From an uncultured bacterium (lineage in GTDB: Bacteria; Cyanobacteriota; Cyanobacteriia; Phormidesmidales; Phormidesmidaceae): a stretch of 52,354 bases of DNA. The position numbers and the translations under genes are program-made. The notes below the pieces were generated by a model. It had not been told where the DNA came from. It saw only the letters and a program-made list of their open reading frames with translations, and ran no database searches. The stretch's first letter is position 1, and each line of letters starts with the position of its first letter. The stretch lies in assembly GCA_964452545.1 (NCBI GenBank), contig CAYVMR010000001.1, positions 1 through 52,354 on the forward strand. Direction: 5' to 3'. Below are positions 20,330 through 30,549 of the stretch, piece after piece.

Positions 20330-21439
20330 ATGACCTCTGTGATTGCTGTTCCATTGCCGCTTCAACCCTACGACATTGTGATTACCCCGGGGGGGCTAGG
20401 GGAGGTAGGGCCCTGGCTCGGTCAGGGCGATCGCCCCCTGGTGAAGCCGGGGCAACCCCTGCTGGTGGTATCCAACCCCGCCATCTTTAAGCACTACGGC
20501 CAGTCCCTGGTGGACTCCCTCGCCAAGCAGGGATATCAGGTCGAGACCCAGTTGTTACCGGCGGGGGAACGCTATAAAACCCTCAACTCAGTCCAAAGAC
20601 TCTACGATGCTGCCTACCGCTATCATCTAGAGCGTCAATCCGCCATGGTGGCGCTGGGGGGCGGGGTAATTGGCGATATGACCGGCTTTGCCGCTGCCAC
20701 CTGGTTACGGGGCATCGGGGTGATCCAGGTGCCTACCTCGCTGCTGGCCATGGTGGATGCGGCGATTGGCGGCAAAACCGGGGTCAACCATCCCCAGGGG
20801 AAAAACTTGATTGGGGCCTTTCATCAACCTCGCCTGGTGATGATCGATCCCTTAGTGTTAAGGACCCTGCCACCGCGAGAGTGGCGGGCTGGGCTGGCGG
20901 AAGTGATTAAGTACGGCGTGATCTGGGACCGGCCCCTGTTTGAAGAACTGGAGGCCTGCCCCGATCTGAGCCGGTATGGTGATCTGACGGATGGGCAACT
21001 ACTGGAGATTCTGACCCATTCCTGTCAGGCTAAGGCCGAGGTGGTCTGTCAGGACGAGAAGGAAGGAGGGCTGCGGGCTATTCTCAACTACGGCCATACC
21101 ATTGGCCATGGGGTGGAAAGCCTGATGAACTACCGGGGGGTGAACCACGGCGAGGCGGTGGCGATCGGCATGGTGGCAGCGGGCCAAATTGCCGTTCACC
21201 TGGGCCTCTGGGACGCGGCCTCGGCTCAGAGGCAGACCGACCTTTTGCGGAAGGTTAAGCTGCCCACCCAGCTGCCCGAGGGGATTGGGGTGGAGGACCT
21301 ATTGCTTTCCCTGCGCCACGATAAGAAAGTCAAGTCGGGCAGGGTTAATTTCATTTTGCCGGAACAACTGGGCCAGGTCCGGATTAGCGATCAGGTGGAT
21401 GATGCTCTGGTGCGATCAGTATTAATGGCTATGGCCTAA
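20330..21439 (+). CDS. aroB: 3-dehydroquinate synthase
   Basis: [37 protein letters not shown] and HGEAV motifs. Confidence 0.97.
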   Translation: MTSVIAVPLPLQPYDIVITPGGLGEVGPWLGQGDRPLVKPGQPLLVVSNPAIFKHYGQSLVDSLAKQGYQVETQLLPAGERYKTLNSVQRLYDAAYRYHLERQSAMVALGGGVIGDMTGFAAATWLRGIGVIQVPTSLLAMVDAAIGGKTGVNHPQGKNLIGAFHQPRLVMIDPLVLRTLPPREWRAGLAEVIKYGVIWDRPLFEELEACPDLSRYGDLTDGQLLEILTHSCQAKAEVVCQDEKEGGLRAILNYGHTIGHGVESLMNYRGVNHGEAVAIGMVAAGQIAVHLGLWDAASAQRQTDLLRKVKLPTQLPEGIGVEDLLLSLRHDKKVKSGRVNFILPEQLGQVRISDQVDDALVRSVLMAMA

Positions 21440-21461
21440 GTCCTCCCCCTTGAGCCTTGCC

Positions 21462-21908
21462 CTAGAGATAGCGGAAGCCCTTAACCCCCTGATAGCTGGT
21501 CATGCGGGCGAGGCGTCGGGTGAACTCACCAACGGAAGGATTTCCCTCTGGGTGAATCACCCCGGCGGCCTGTTGCCAAAGCGGTTGGGGAGCGGGTCGA
21601 ATGTCGTATTGGTCGCGTTGATTACTAGGGTTTTGAGGGGTGCATCGGCGCACGTGGTACCAGATAATTTCCTGGCACTCAGGACACCAAAATGCCTCTA
21701 ACCACTCTCCGGCAATCGGCACTGCGGTATGGGTTTGAATCACCGTGAGGGCAATGCGACGGCCCATGCCCCGCTCCTGCAATTGCTCCGCCCGGTCAGC
21801 GTAGAGCTGATACTTACGACTGGCACTTTCTAAATAGCAATCGTGGGTAGGACAGTAGATGGCTCGGCGCTTAGAGCGGTTACGGTTGCGATCGCGGCGT
21901 TGATTCAT
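21462..21908 (-). CDS. Hypothetical protein with a basic N-terminus and CPxH...CxxC putative Zn ligands
   Basis: 148-aa ORF with RSKRRAIYCPTH, WLEAFWCPEC and NPSVGEFTRR. Confidence 0.75.
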   Translation of the reverse strand: MNQRRDRNRNRSKRRAIYCPTHDCYLESASRKYQLYADRAEQLQERGMGRRIALTVIQTHTAVPIAGEWLEAFWCPECQEIIWYHVRRCTPQNPSNQRDQYDIRPAPQPLWQQAAGVIHPEGNPSVGEFTRRLARMTSYQGVKGFRYL

Positions 21909-22158
21909 GACTTAGAAGATAAAATCAGCTGTAGGTAAATCTATAGCGGCAGGTCAAATGCCCTTTGACGCCAAGCTTGAGCTTAGTTAGAGGGCCCAAG
22001 TCAGGAATTTGCAGGCCAGGGGTAAGGGCAATCACTGTCTAGAGTAGTCCGGTAATACTTGTGCCTCTGCCTCACTAGGTTTTACATAAACCTTCCCATA
22101 GCTCTGGGTCATAGCTGGGCCCATAGGGATGCAGATCTTCTGAAAACCTGATAGACAA

Positions 22159-22932
22159 TCAGGAGGTTCGTCGCATTCTGTCCCACCAATTTGACTTGAC
22201 CCTAGAACTTCTGCGAGGACTAGCCTGAAATGGGATAGCCAGGTCAGCATAGGGCAGAATCCGTTGATCGGAAGTGAACACATTGACCTGGTATACCATC
22301 TGGTTTTCCCAGTCGAGAGCGGTTAACCAACCACTGCGTGGATCGTAGGCACCCGTATCAATATTAGACCAGCCGGGGCCCTCCACCAGTTGACCAGGGG
22401 CCACCTTCGCAAAGGTAAAGGTCATGGTATGACCAATGATAATTTGCTTATCGGCAAAATAGGGACGGCGAATCTGGTGAAAAATACCGCGAGACCAACA
22501 ACATTCCTCTGCGGTTTGTGACCCCACACCCAGGCTGGGATTAAGACCCGCATGAACTAACCAAACATTGCCTAGGTCGATGTATAGCGGTAGACTCTCA
22601 ATCCACTCCAGATCAGCCCTGAGAGCCTCAAATGAATTGTCGTAACTAGCAACGGTGCTATCCCCGCCACTGTTCATCCAACGTTGCATGGCTGGTATGT
22701 GAATACCATCATCCGAAAAGGACTCAATCAGCATCTGCTCATGGTTGCCCCGCACACACCCACTGCTGTAACGGCGTACAAAATCAACCACTGCGGCACT
22801 TTGGGGGCCGCGATCGATTAAATCGCCAAGGAAATATACGGCATCACCAGTGGCTGGAGCGATCAAGTCCCAAAGCTGCCTCAGGGCGTCATACTGACCG
22901 TGAATATCCCCAATAAAAACTTTACGATCCAT
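22159..22932 (-). CDS. Metallophosphoesterase, PPP/ApaH-like Ser/Thr protein phosphatase (copy 1)
   Basis: GDIHG, GDLIDRG, RGNHE, HAG, GHT and IDTG motifs. Confidence 0.9.
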   Translation of the reverse strand: MDRKVFIGDIHGQYDALRQLWDLIAPATGDAVYFLGDLIDRGPQSAAVVDFVRRYSSGCVRGNHEQMLIESFSDDGIHIPAMQRWMNSGGDSTVASYDNSFEALRADLEWIESLPLYIDLGNVWLVHAGLNPSLGVGSQTAEECCWSRGIFHQIRRPYFADKQIIIGHTMTFTFAKVAPGQLVEGPGWSNIDTGAYDPRSGWLTALDWENQMVYQVNVFTSDQRILPYADLAIPFQASPRRSSRVKSNWWDRMRRTS

Positions 22933-23178
22933 AGCTAATCCATGGGGTAGATAACTAAATACATAGGGCCGATAATTAAATAAACTTTAATCTCACTGTC
23001 ATCCTTTAGAGTACCCGTCCTCGCTTGTTAATTTAACTTAACTTGTTGACTTCGAGTTCAAGACAGTTCTATGACTTTGGTAAAGCTTTATGCAATTAAG
23101 AAAATTATGTGAGACCAAGGGGGAGTCTCCTTAACTCCTCAGTTAGGCTATACCGGTTACGGTCCCCTACCGGAGGGC

Positions 23179-24780
23179 TTAGGGCCCACAGGTCTCTCCG
23201 TCCGTAGTAAATCCGAGGGGATAGGCTGGATCCAGGGGAAATTCCCTCGGCCCGGCACGAAACCCATACCCCAGGATCAGGGTATAGGTTTGTAGCACTT
23301 GCCCAAAGCGGCGAACTTCTAGGGTTTCCCTAGCCCCAGTATGGTCAAACATGGCCAAATGGGCTGGACAAATAGGATGCCAGGTTTCCCCTAGCAATAG
23401 GCCGTCCCGGCCTTCCATCTCGTCACTCTGGTACCAAAAGTCAAATTGGTCGAGGCGGCCTGACAGGGCCATCACCTCGGGGTTGTTCAGGCCATAGGCC
23501 AGGGCCGCCGCCGATCGATAGTCGGTGGTCAGCAGCAGGGGGCGGTCGAGGTTGGCTGTGGCCTGTCTAACCAGGCGGCTGATTTCAGACCAACCATAGA
23601 GGGCCGCACTGTCGTTATCGGCGGGGCCAAACCCGGCGGTGATCGGGATCAGGTTGTAGTGGAGAAGCAGGGCCACTGCCGTGAATAGGCCCAGGCCCTG
23701 GGCGATCGCCAAGGGCGGCCGCCGCCAGTCTAAACCAGCCTGGGTCGGTCTATAAAACTGATCGGTGAGGAGGGGGAATAACAGGGGATAGGCGAGAATG
23801 TTCCAATAGTAGAGGGCTACCGACCGCAGGGAGAGGGCCATGAAACCACCGGTGGAGAGGCCAAAAAGCCACCAAGCCAGCCTAGGATAAATTGAGGCCC
23901 GTCGCGGTTGGGCCGGGGTGGAGGCAGGTTGAACCGCTTGACGGGCGATCGCCCAGGCGTGCATGGGACCTAAAATCAGGGCACAAAGACCCAGAAAGAT
24001 GAGGGGCTGCAGCCAATTCAGAGAATCACTGGCAGGGGCGTTGGTGCGATCCAGGTAGAATCGCCAGGAAAAAAAGTCGTGCTGCCAGTTCCACAGGGCA
24101 ATGGGTGACAGCACCAGGGCCAGGAACCCGAGGGCGAGGTAGAGGCGGGGATCGAGGTAGAGGCGACGCAGCGATCGCTGACCCAGGAGGGTTATGGCAA
24201 AGCTCAGGCCCACCAACAGAGCGGTGTACTTGCACAGGCCAGCTAGCCCTAAAAACCCAGCCGCCGCCATCAGATCCGCCGTTGATCCACGCTGATTGAG
24301 GGCATAGGTGTCAGCAAAACGGACCAGGTGAAAGCTACTCAACACGCCGAAGGTGATCAACCAGTGATCAGGCCAGGCCAGGGCTAGGAAAAGGAAAAAC
24401 AGGGGCGAGGCCACCAGTAGCAGCAGCACTAGCCAGAACCGATCCCTGACCTGGGGGCCATAGAGGTAGGCGGTGATCCGGTAGAGGGTTACCACCAAGA
24501 CGGTGGTACTGAGCAGATTGGACAGGCGCAGGACGAACCGTGATCGCCCCAGCAAAGCGGTCAAGAGGCCCTGACTCCAAGCCTGAAAACCTGGATGATC
24601 GTAGTAGGACCAATCCCAATGTTGACCCCACAGCCAATAGTAGGCCTCATCCGGGTTAGGGAAGGTCAGCCCCCAAAAGATCAAGCGCAAACCCAGAAAC
24701 CCCAACAAGGGCCAGCGGCCCCAACGCCACACCGGCGATTGCCAGAGCCCCCACCACTGGTCAGTTGGATCCCTAATCAT
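23179..24780 (-). CDS. GT-C fold (family 39/ArnT-like) membrane glycosyltransferase
   Basis: PDEAYYWLWGQH..WSYYDHP motif, PD, KY and many TM segments. ATG 24780 overlaps the upstream stop. Confidence 0.85.
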   Translation of the reverse strand: MIRDPTDQWWGLWQSPVWRWGRWPLLGFLGLRLIFWGLTFPNPDEAYYWLWGQHWDWSYYDHPGFQAWSQGLLTALLGRSRFVLRLSNLLSTTVLVVTLYRITAYLYGPQVRDRFWLVLLLLVASPLFFLFLALAWPDHWLITFGVLSSFHLVRFADTYALNQRGSTADLMAAAGFLGLAGLCKYTALLVGLSFAITLLGQRSLRRLYLDPRLYLALGFLALVLSPIALWNWQHDFFSWRFYLDRTNAPASDSLNWLQPLIFLGLCALILGPMHAWAIARQAVQPASTPAQPRRASIYPRLAWWLFGLSTGGFMALSLRSVALYYWNILAYPLLFPLLTDQFYRPTQAGLDWRRPPLAIAQGLGLFTAVALLLHYNLIPITAGFGPADNDSAALYGWSEISRLVRQATANLDRPLLLTTDYRSAAALAYGLNNPEVMALSGRLDQFDFWYQSDEMEGRDGLLLGETWHPICPAHLAMFDHTGARETLEVRRFGQVLQTYTLILGYGFRAGPREFPLDPAYPLGFTTDGETCGP

Positions 24781-25396
24781 CAAGCTCCCCGGCCATTTCC
24801 CCCCAGGGGCTCTCCCCATCGGTTAGATCGTGGCGGTTGGCCAATCCTGCCGGCCCTGGGGAAATCCCTTGGACAGGCTGGGAGAAAGGAAAACAAATTG
24901 TTGGCAAACCCGCCCCCCGCAGACCCCGCCTAATCCGACCGGGGCTGGTGGGAAAGACCACAAACAGGGGATAGGCGCGATCGCTGCCATCGTTGACCAG
25001 ATGCTGGTAAGATTCGGGTAACATCCAGGCATAGCCCCCATCTAGCCAAACCTCAGCTTGCCGCCAACGCCCTAGGAGTTGGGAAAAGTCTTCCAGGGGG
25101 CGATGAATGAACACTAGAATATCCACCCCTGTCTTGATCTCCCATTCTGGATCGCATAGGATCAGGGCGAGGTCGCAGGGTAGGGTGACCAGATGGCCAG
25201 CCCCATGGTTCCCCTCCTGGGGAGAATGGCGTACCCGCACATTGGGCAGGGGCAGGGGCAAAATACTATCTTGGGAACGGCGCACACTGGGGACGAGCTC
25301 CAGGTAGGGCCGGTGCTGCCGGAGCAGGGCCAGGGCCCCCTGATACTCCGTGCAAAAGGCCAGTAAGGTTTCGTAGGGGGTGGATTCCATGGCCAT
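24773..25396 (-). CDS. Hypothetical protein, likely conserved in cyanobacteria
   Basis: ORF with LL.QHRPYLE..PS.RR, LPCDLA...CDPEW.IK and FIHRP.EDFS.LL.RWR. Coupled to the GT39 gene. Confidence 0.78.
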   Translation of the reverse strand: MAMESTPYETLLAFCTEYQGALALLRQHRPYLELVPSVRRSQDSILPLPLPNVRVRHSPQEGNHGAGHLVTLPCDLALILCDPEWEIKTGVDILVFIHRPLEDFSQLLGRWRQAEVWLDGGYAWMLPESYQHLVNDGSDRAYPLFVVFPTSPGRIRRGLRGAGLPTICFPFSQPVQGISPGPAGLANRHDLTDGESPWGEMAGELDD

Positions 25397-25526
25397 GGGG
25401 AATGGGGCTGCCAAGCAGGAAGCTATAATACCTAAAAAACGGCTCTTAACCTTTTCTCAAAGAAAATGAGATATAAATCTATATGTTAATTCTAGATTCT
25501 AATCTACCTAACCTGAGTGCCAATCT

Positions 25527-26003
25527 ATGACGGACTATTCTACTGAAACCTTGCAAGCCATTGTCAAAGCCCCGATGATTACTGGTCTGGCTGTGGCCAT
25601 GGTGGACATGGGAATTGTTTCCACGGCCATTGAAGCGGCGGCCATGGCCAGGGAAATCGCCGGTGCCGCAGAAAAGTATCCCACCAACTCCATCATTCAA
25701 GCCGCCTTTGCCCCAGAGGTCATGAAAAGTGGCCAGATCAACTTGGAAAAGCCTGACATTAAACCGACGGAGGTCGAGTCAGGCGCGGTGGTTGATCGGG
25801 CCATCGCTGATATCGAAGCGGCTTTGCAGGCTATAGGCACCACGGCTTCAGCGGCGGAGATCAATGTCTACAAGCAGTTTATCTACGACTGTGGCAAGGC
25901 TGTGGCCGAAGCGGCCGGCAGTGGGCTATTTGGATCTGGCAATAAGGTCAGTGAAAAGGAAGCCGCCGCCCTCGATCGCATCAAGGTGGCCCTGGGCCTT
26001 TAG
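25527..26003 (+). CDS. Hypothetical helical protein
   Basis: 158-aa ORF ending VAEAAGSGLFGSGNKVSEKEAAALDRIKVALG, a pattern seen in a widespread uncharacterised family. AT-rich region upstream. Confidence 0.8.
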   Translation: MTDYSTETLQAIVKAPMITGLAVAMVDMGIVSTAIEAAAMAREIAGAAEKYPTNSIIQAAFAPEVMKSGQINLEKPDIKPTEVESGAVVDRAIADIEAALQAIGTTASAAEINVYKQFIYDCGKAVAEAAGSGLFGSGNKVSEKEAAALDRIKVALGL

Positions 26004-26452
26004 GACCTGGTAATCATTGCCGACTCAGACCATGGCCCCTGCCTATGCAGGTGCAGACAGTTACCGTGACTCTGATGGGAAGAGTAAGTGAGCTGATCTG
26101 CCACCTTATAAATGATTTTAAGGCCACGACCGCTAGCCATCCCTTCATTGTGATGATTGAAACTATTCTCCAAGGTGGATTGGAGATCAAAACCAGGGCC
26201 CTGATCCCAGATCCGGATGTCAATGCTCTGCTCGGACATTTCCACCTGAATTTGAATCGGGGTATCCGCTGGCAAGTGCTTATGGGCATGGCGAACCGCA
26301 TTGGTGAACCCTTCAATCAGGGCCAGCTGGCATTGAAGCAGCAACTGCTTGGGAATGGGGGCGTCAGCAAATTGATCAAACCAGCTGAGCAGCCCCTGCA
26401 AGGCCGCCGGGTCGGTGCGAGTGGTAATCTGACTAACTTGATGGTAAGCCAA
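26000..26452 (-). CDS. Anti-sigma regulatory factor / Ser-Thr kinase (RsbW/SpoIIAB-like HATPase)
   Basis: LALIEGFTNAVRHAH (N box), IWDQGPGFD (G1) and SGRGL (G2). TTG start. Confidence 0.88.
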   Translation of the reverse strand: MAYHQVSQITTRTDPAALQGLLSWFDQFADAPIPKQLLLQCQLALIEGFTNAVRHAHKHLPADTPIQIQVEMSEQSIDIRIWDQGPGFDLQSTLENSFNHHNEGMASGRGLKIIYKVADQLTYSSHQSHGNCLHLHRQGPWSESAMITRS

Positions 26453-26685
26453 GGGAGTTATATTTCTAGTATAACCGGGAGCATTTAGCCCATGACGCCG
26501 AGCGAGTTTCCAGATCTCAGCGCATAACCAACGGCATCACAGTCTTGTCCTAACCGGGCCGGCGATGGCTATAGTAACCAGCTATGCTTGCATGAATGAT
26601 ATCCGCTTACATAGATAAATGAGCGCTAAACAAACTGGAGAGTAAGTCACTCGATCTTTAGTCTAGCCCAAGAACTGAGAGGCGA

Positions 26686-27516
26686 ATGAGCATAGCGCCG
26701 ATGAAGCCCTATTACAAAGTTCCTATTCATGATTGTGGTGAACCCCTGGTGGACATCCCTTGGGTTAAATCTTTGGCGGATTGGGATCCCCCCGCCCAGA
26801 TTCAGTCTGGGTCAAGTTTGCCAGTTTTGCCTGGGAATCACGGGTTAGATCACCGGCCTGGAGTGCAGCCCAGTCAGTTCAGGGTGGTAGATCCCCACCC
26901 CTACCAGGTGTTGGGGGCCCCCTACGGAGATCAGTCCCCCTACAAACTACGGTCTGGGGTATTAGCGGCCCTCACCCAGGCCCAAGCGGTTTTACAGCAG
27001 CACTATCCCCACTGGGGTCTGCAAATTTTTGATGCCTACCGCCCCCTAGCGGTACAAAAATTCATGGTGGATTATACCTTCCAGCAATTACTTCAGGAGC
27101 ACCAGCTCAGTGCCAAAACCCTCTCTGCAGAGCAGCATAGGGACATTATGGAGCTAGTGATGCAATTTTGGGCGATGCCCAGTGATCACCCTGCAGCACC
27201 GCCACCCCACAGCACCGGCGCCGCGATCGACCTCACCCTGGTGGATAGCCATGGCATCCCCGTAGCCATGGGGTCGGCCATTGACGAAATCTCCCCCCGA
27301 TCCTTGCCAAATCACTATAGCCATAGTGACCATCCCCAGGCGGAGCTATTTCACCACCATCGCCAACTCCTTAATCAAGTCATGACCACGGCTGGCTTCC
27401 GTCGCCACCCCCAGGAATGGTGGCACTTTTCCCTGGGGGATCAGCTTTGGGCCTGGTTGATTTCCCAGGAAAGCGGTGAAGGGACACCGCTAGCCTACTA
27501 TGGCCGGGTTGCCTAG
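26686..27516 (+). CDS. D-alanyl-D-alanine dipeptidase (M15D, VanX/DdpX-like)
   Basis: FDAYRP, PPHSTGAAIDLTL and EWWHFS motifs. Confidence 0.9.
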   Translation: MSIAPMKPYYKVPIHDCGEPLVDIPWVKSLADWDPPAQIQSGSSLPVLPGNHGLDHRPGVQPSQFRVVDPHPYQVLGAPYGDQSPYKLRSGVLAALTQAQAVLQQHYPHWGLQIFDAYRPLAVQKFMVDYTFQQLLQEHQLSAKTLSAEQHRDIMELVMQFWAMPSDHPAAPPPHSTGAAIDLTLVDSHGIPVAMGSAIDEISPRSLPNHYSHSDHPQAELFHHHRQLLNQVMTTAGFRRHPQEWWHFSLGDQLWAWLISQESGEGTPLAYYGRVA

Positions 27517-27538
27517 CGGGCCGACTAACCTGGCCAGG

Positions 27539-28885
27539 TTAAGGTTGGTTGTGTCGCTCAGACCAAGGGGCGAACCAAGGTAATAGGGCTAGGCCCGGCA
27601 AAGCGGCCACCAGGGTAAGCAAAAAGAAAAGGGGCCAGCCTTGCTGAGTCGCACCGGCCCAGTAGATCTGTTGTTCAAGTTGGGGATAGTCGGGTAAGTG
27701 CCGCTGAATAGCGGCGGCCAGTTCACCGCTGCCGGGGCCGGCAATTAGATCCCGACCCACCGCCATCAGGCTGGAGAGGAGGGCAAATTGGGTAGCAGAA
27801 AAGCGAGGATTACACAAACTCATCAGGAACCCGACAAATCCTGCTGTACCCAGGCCAGCACAAAAGTTTTCGACGTTAATGGCGAGCACCATGGCCAGGT
27901 AGTTTTTACCGACAATGGCCAGAACCCAGTAGCCGGCATTGCTCAAGGCTTGCAACCCACCAAACAACCACAGGGATCGGTTAATTCCGATCTGGCTCAG
28001 AAGGGCACCCCCCACCAGGGTCCCGACAATCGTCGCTATCAGGCCTAAGCCCTGACGAATGGTGCCTATATCGGTATCGCTAAACCCCAGCCCCTGATCC
28101 CCCAGAAAGGGAATCGCCATCTTGGCGGTTAAATTATCGCCCAGCTTGTAGAACACGATGAAGGCGAGTACTGCTAGCCCCTGACCGAGACCTAGACGCT
28201 GAAAAAATTCTCCAAATGGGGATATCACCGCCTGGGCCAGGGAGGCCGGTGGGATGGTCTGGGACTGGGGATCTGGGGCCCAAAGAGAGACTAGGATGCC
28301 AAGCCCCATCAGCCCGGCCATGAGCCCGTAAACCCAGGGCCAGGTGATTTGGTCCGCCAGAATAAAGGCTAGGGCACCGGTCGTTAATAGGGCAACCCGA
28401 TAGCCCAAGACATAGATGGCCGCCCCTGCCCCCACCTCTCGATCCTCTAGGACGTCGGTACGGTAGGCATCAATAGCAATATCCTGGGTGGCGCTCAGAA
28501 AGGTAATACCCAGGGCGGTGAAGGCGAGTAGCTGTAAGCCAGCTGAGCCCCCTCCAGGGGAGGAAAATTGAACCATCTGTGAGGCCAGGGCCGCGATCGC
28601 CACCACTAAACTAACCTGGGCCACCACCATCCAGCCCCGTCGTCGACCTAGCCCAGGGGGGACAAACCGATCCAAAAACGGAGACCAGAGGAACTTGAAC
28701 GAATAGGGCAGGCTAATCAAACTAAACCAACCAATGGTTTGTAGGTCCAGTTGTACCTTCGTCATCCAGCCCCGAAAGGCATCATCCATAAGCGCAAAAG
28801 GCAAACCAGAACTGAAACCCAGCACCAGAATGGCAGCCATTTTGCGACTTTGGAAAACCTTGGTTAAAGCGGAAATTTGGTTCAC
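27539..28885 (-). CDS. ampG: AmpG family muropeptide MFS transporter
   Basis: LGFSSGLP, KFLWSPFLDR, GRRRGW, SATQDIAIDAYR and SATQFALLSSL motifs. Confidence 0.92.
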   Translation of the reverse strand: MNQISALTKVFQSRKMAAILVLGFSSGLPFALMDDAFRGWMTKVQLDLQTIGWFSLISLPYSFKFLWSPFLDRFVPPGLGRRRGWMVVAQVSLVVAIAALASQMVQFSSPGGGSAGLQLLAFTALGITFLSATQDIAIDAYRTDVLEDREVGAGAAIYVLGYRVALLTTGALAFILADQITWPWVYGLMAGLMGLGILVSLWAPDPQSQTIPPASLAQAVISPFGEFFQRLGLGQGLAVLAFIVFYKLGDNLTAKMAIPFLGDQGLGFSDTDIGTIRQGLGLIATIVGTLVGGALLSQIGINRSLWLFGGLQALSNAGYWVLAIVGKNYLAMVLAINVENFCAGLGTAGFVGFLMSLCNPRFSATQFALLSSLMAVGRDLIAGPGSGELAAAIQRHLPDYPQLEQQIYWAGATQQGWPLFFLLTLVAALPGLALLPWFAPWSERHNQP

Positions 28886-28950
28886 GATCGCTCCAGCACC
28901 GTCACAAACACCCCAACTTACCGAACCGATTTCCTGAATCGCCTGCCCAA

Positions 28951-29358
28951 TCAGTGGCCAGTGGCATCAATCCAAACCACCGGACGTTCGTCAGCGCCCT
29001 GATAGCCACTTTGTTCCTGAATCAATTGCTGAAACTGGGTGGGGTCAAAGTAACGGTTAAAGTCTGCTTGCAGTTGGAGATGGGCCGTTTCTGACGCCTC
29101 TATGGCAACTTGCATGGAGGCTAGGGATTGGACCTGGTGATAGACATAGGGAAGTAAATGGGCGAGGCTACCCACCCCCAGGATGGTCAACAGACCATTC
29201 ATTCCCACACGGGCCCCAACCTCAACTAGGGGAGTCATCTGGACTCGCCTGAGCCGCCTCCGCCGATGAAGGGATAGAGGTGCAGATCGGCGAGTTTTAG
29301 GTACCCCTGATGGAGTCAAGGTTCGGAGTTGAGTAATCGGCTGACGCACAGGGGCCAT
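28951..29358 (-). CDS. Single-TM coiled-coil protein, resembles the Slr1601-family putative cell division (FtsL/FtsB-like) protein
   Basis: Basic N-terminus, one TM helix, a coiled coil, and F.RYFDP...EQS followed by VVW. Directly upstream of ampG. Confidence 0.65.
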   Translation of the reverse strand: MAPVRQPITQLRTLTPSGVPKTRRSAPLSLHRRRRLRRVQMTPLVEVGARVGMNGLLTILGVGSLAHLLPYVYHQVQSLASMQVAIEASETAHLQLQADFNRYFDPTQFQQLIQEQSGYQGADERPVVWIDATGH

Positions 29359-29790
29359 GGGATTAGGTTCTCTACACGTTAGGGTGGCAAATTGGTCAGG
29401 TAAAGACTACATTAGTAAGCTATATGACAACCTATCCAGGAATGGATTTTATTATGGCTCAAAAGCAAAAAATGACCACAGGTATTTTTGTGTGAAAGCC
29501 AGGGTAGACAGAGGGTGGGTGGCCTACCCGGATTGAAAACATCTAAGTCTTACGTCACTCGTCCCTTGCGAGGAAACCCCTAGGTATCAAAGATTCAGAT
29601 TACTCCAGTGAGATCCCCTATGGCCTATTTGAATTTTGACGCCGACTCCGCAGCTGCGAGGGATTAACTTTCCGTATTTTCCCAGATAGTTGGGTTTTCA
29701 ACCAGGGCATAATAGCCTCAACGTCACGGATACTCCCTATTCTACCGACTCAATCAGCACCCCATCCCTGTGCCTATACAGACCAACCCC

Positions 29791-30549
29791 ATGGCTCGAC
29801 GTCTTTTTATCGGTGATATCCATGGCCATTACGACGGCCTCAGACGTCTGTGGGATTTGATAGCCCCTGGGCCTGAGGATAGGGTCTATGCGGTGGGCGA
29901 TCTGATCGATCGCGGTCCCCAGAGTGCCCAAGTGGTCGACTTTATCCGTCGCTACACCCACGGCTGTGTCCGGGGTAACCATGAACAACTTATTCTTGAT
30001 GCCTTTGCAGATGGCCAACTCAACCTACCCACCCTCCAGGGGTGGATTTATAGTGGCGGTCAGGCTACCCTGAGTAGCTATGTTGAGTGTCCCAATGTTT
30101 TAGAGGACCACCTGGCCTGGATTAGTCAATTACCTCTGTACATCGACCTGGGTGATCTCTGGTTAGTCCATGCCGGGGTCAATCCAGTGCTGCCCCTGGC
30201 GGCCCAAAGCAGCTACGAGATGTGCTGGATCCGAGAAACTTTTCATAGCAGTGCGACGCCGTTTTTTGCGGACAAGCTGATCATCACCGGCCATACGATT
30301 ACATTCACCTTTCCCTCGGTGGCACCCGGGCAAGTCGTGGTGGGTCGAGGCTGGTTAGATATTGACACGGGGGTTTATCACCCCCGCAGTGGTTGGTTAA
30401 CGGCCCTAGATTGGGATAACCAGCTGACTTATCAAGTGAATGTGTTTGAGGACCTATCCAGGGTTTGCCCCCTAGCCGATGTGGCAGTCCAGCTTGACCC
30501 AGGGTTAGTGAGGCGACGCCCACGTGGCTTAGCTGAACGGTTAGCCTAG
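29791..30549 (+). CDS. Metallophosphoesterase, PPP/ApaH-like Ser/Thr protein phosphatase (copy 2)
   Basis: GDIHG, GDLIDRG, RGNHE, HAG, GHT and IDTG motifs. Collinear with 22159..22932. Confidence 0.9.
   Translation: MARRLFIGDIHGHYDGLRRLWDLIAPGPEDRVYAVGDLIDRGPQSAQVVDFIRRYTHGCVRGNHEQLILDAFADGQLNLPTLQGWIYSGGQATLSSYVECPNVLEDHLAWISQLPLYIDLGDLWLVHAGVNPVLPLAAQSSYEMCWIRETFHSSATPFFADKLIITGHTITFTFPSVAPGQVVVGRGWLDIDTGVYHPRSGWLTALDWDNQLTYQVNVFEDLSRVCPLADVAVQLDPGLVRRRPRGLAERLA

Noticed and set aside
22032..22283. 83-aa minus-strand ORF overlapping the phosphatase 3' end
   Set aside because: Out-of-frame overlap with a real gene, no RBS and no motif.
23025..23046. TTAA repeats upstream of phosphatase copy 1 resembling a Pho box
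   Set aside because: Spacing is 5 and 10 bp rather than the 11-bp period of SphR Pho boxes.
29359..29790. Looked for psaM or another small gene between the Slr1601-like gene and phosphatase copy 2
   Set aside because: No PsaM-like translation found. The short ORF noticed (MFSIRVGHPPSVYPGFHTKIPVVIFCF, minus) has no support.
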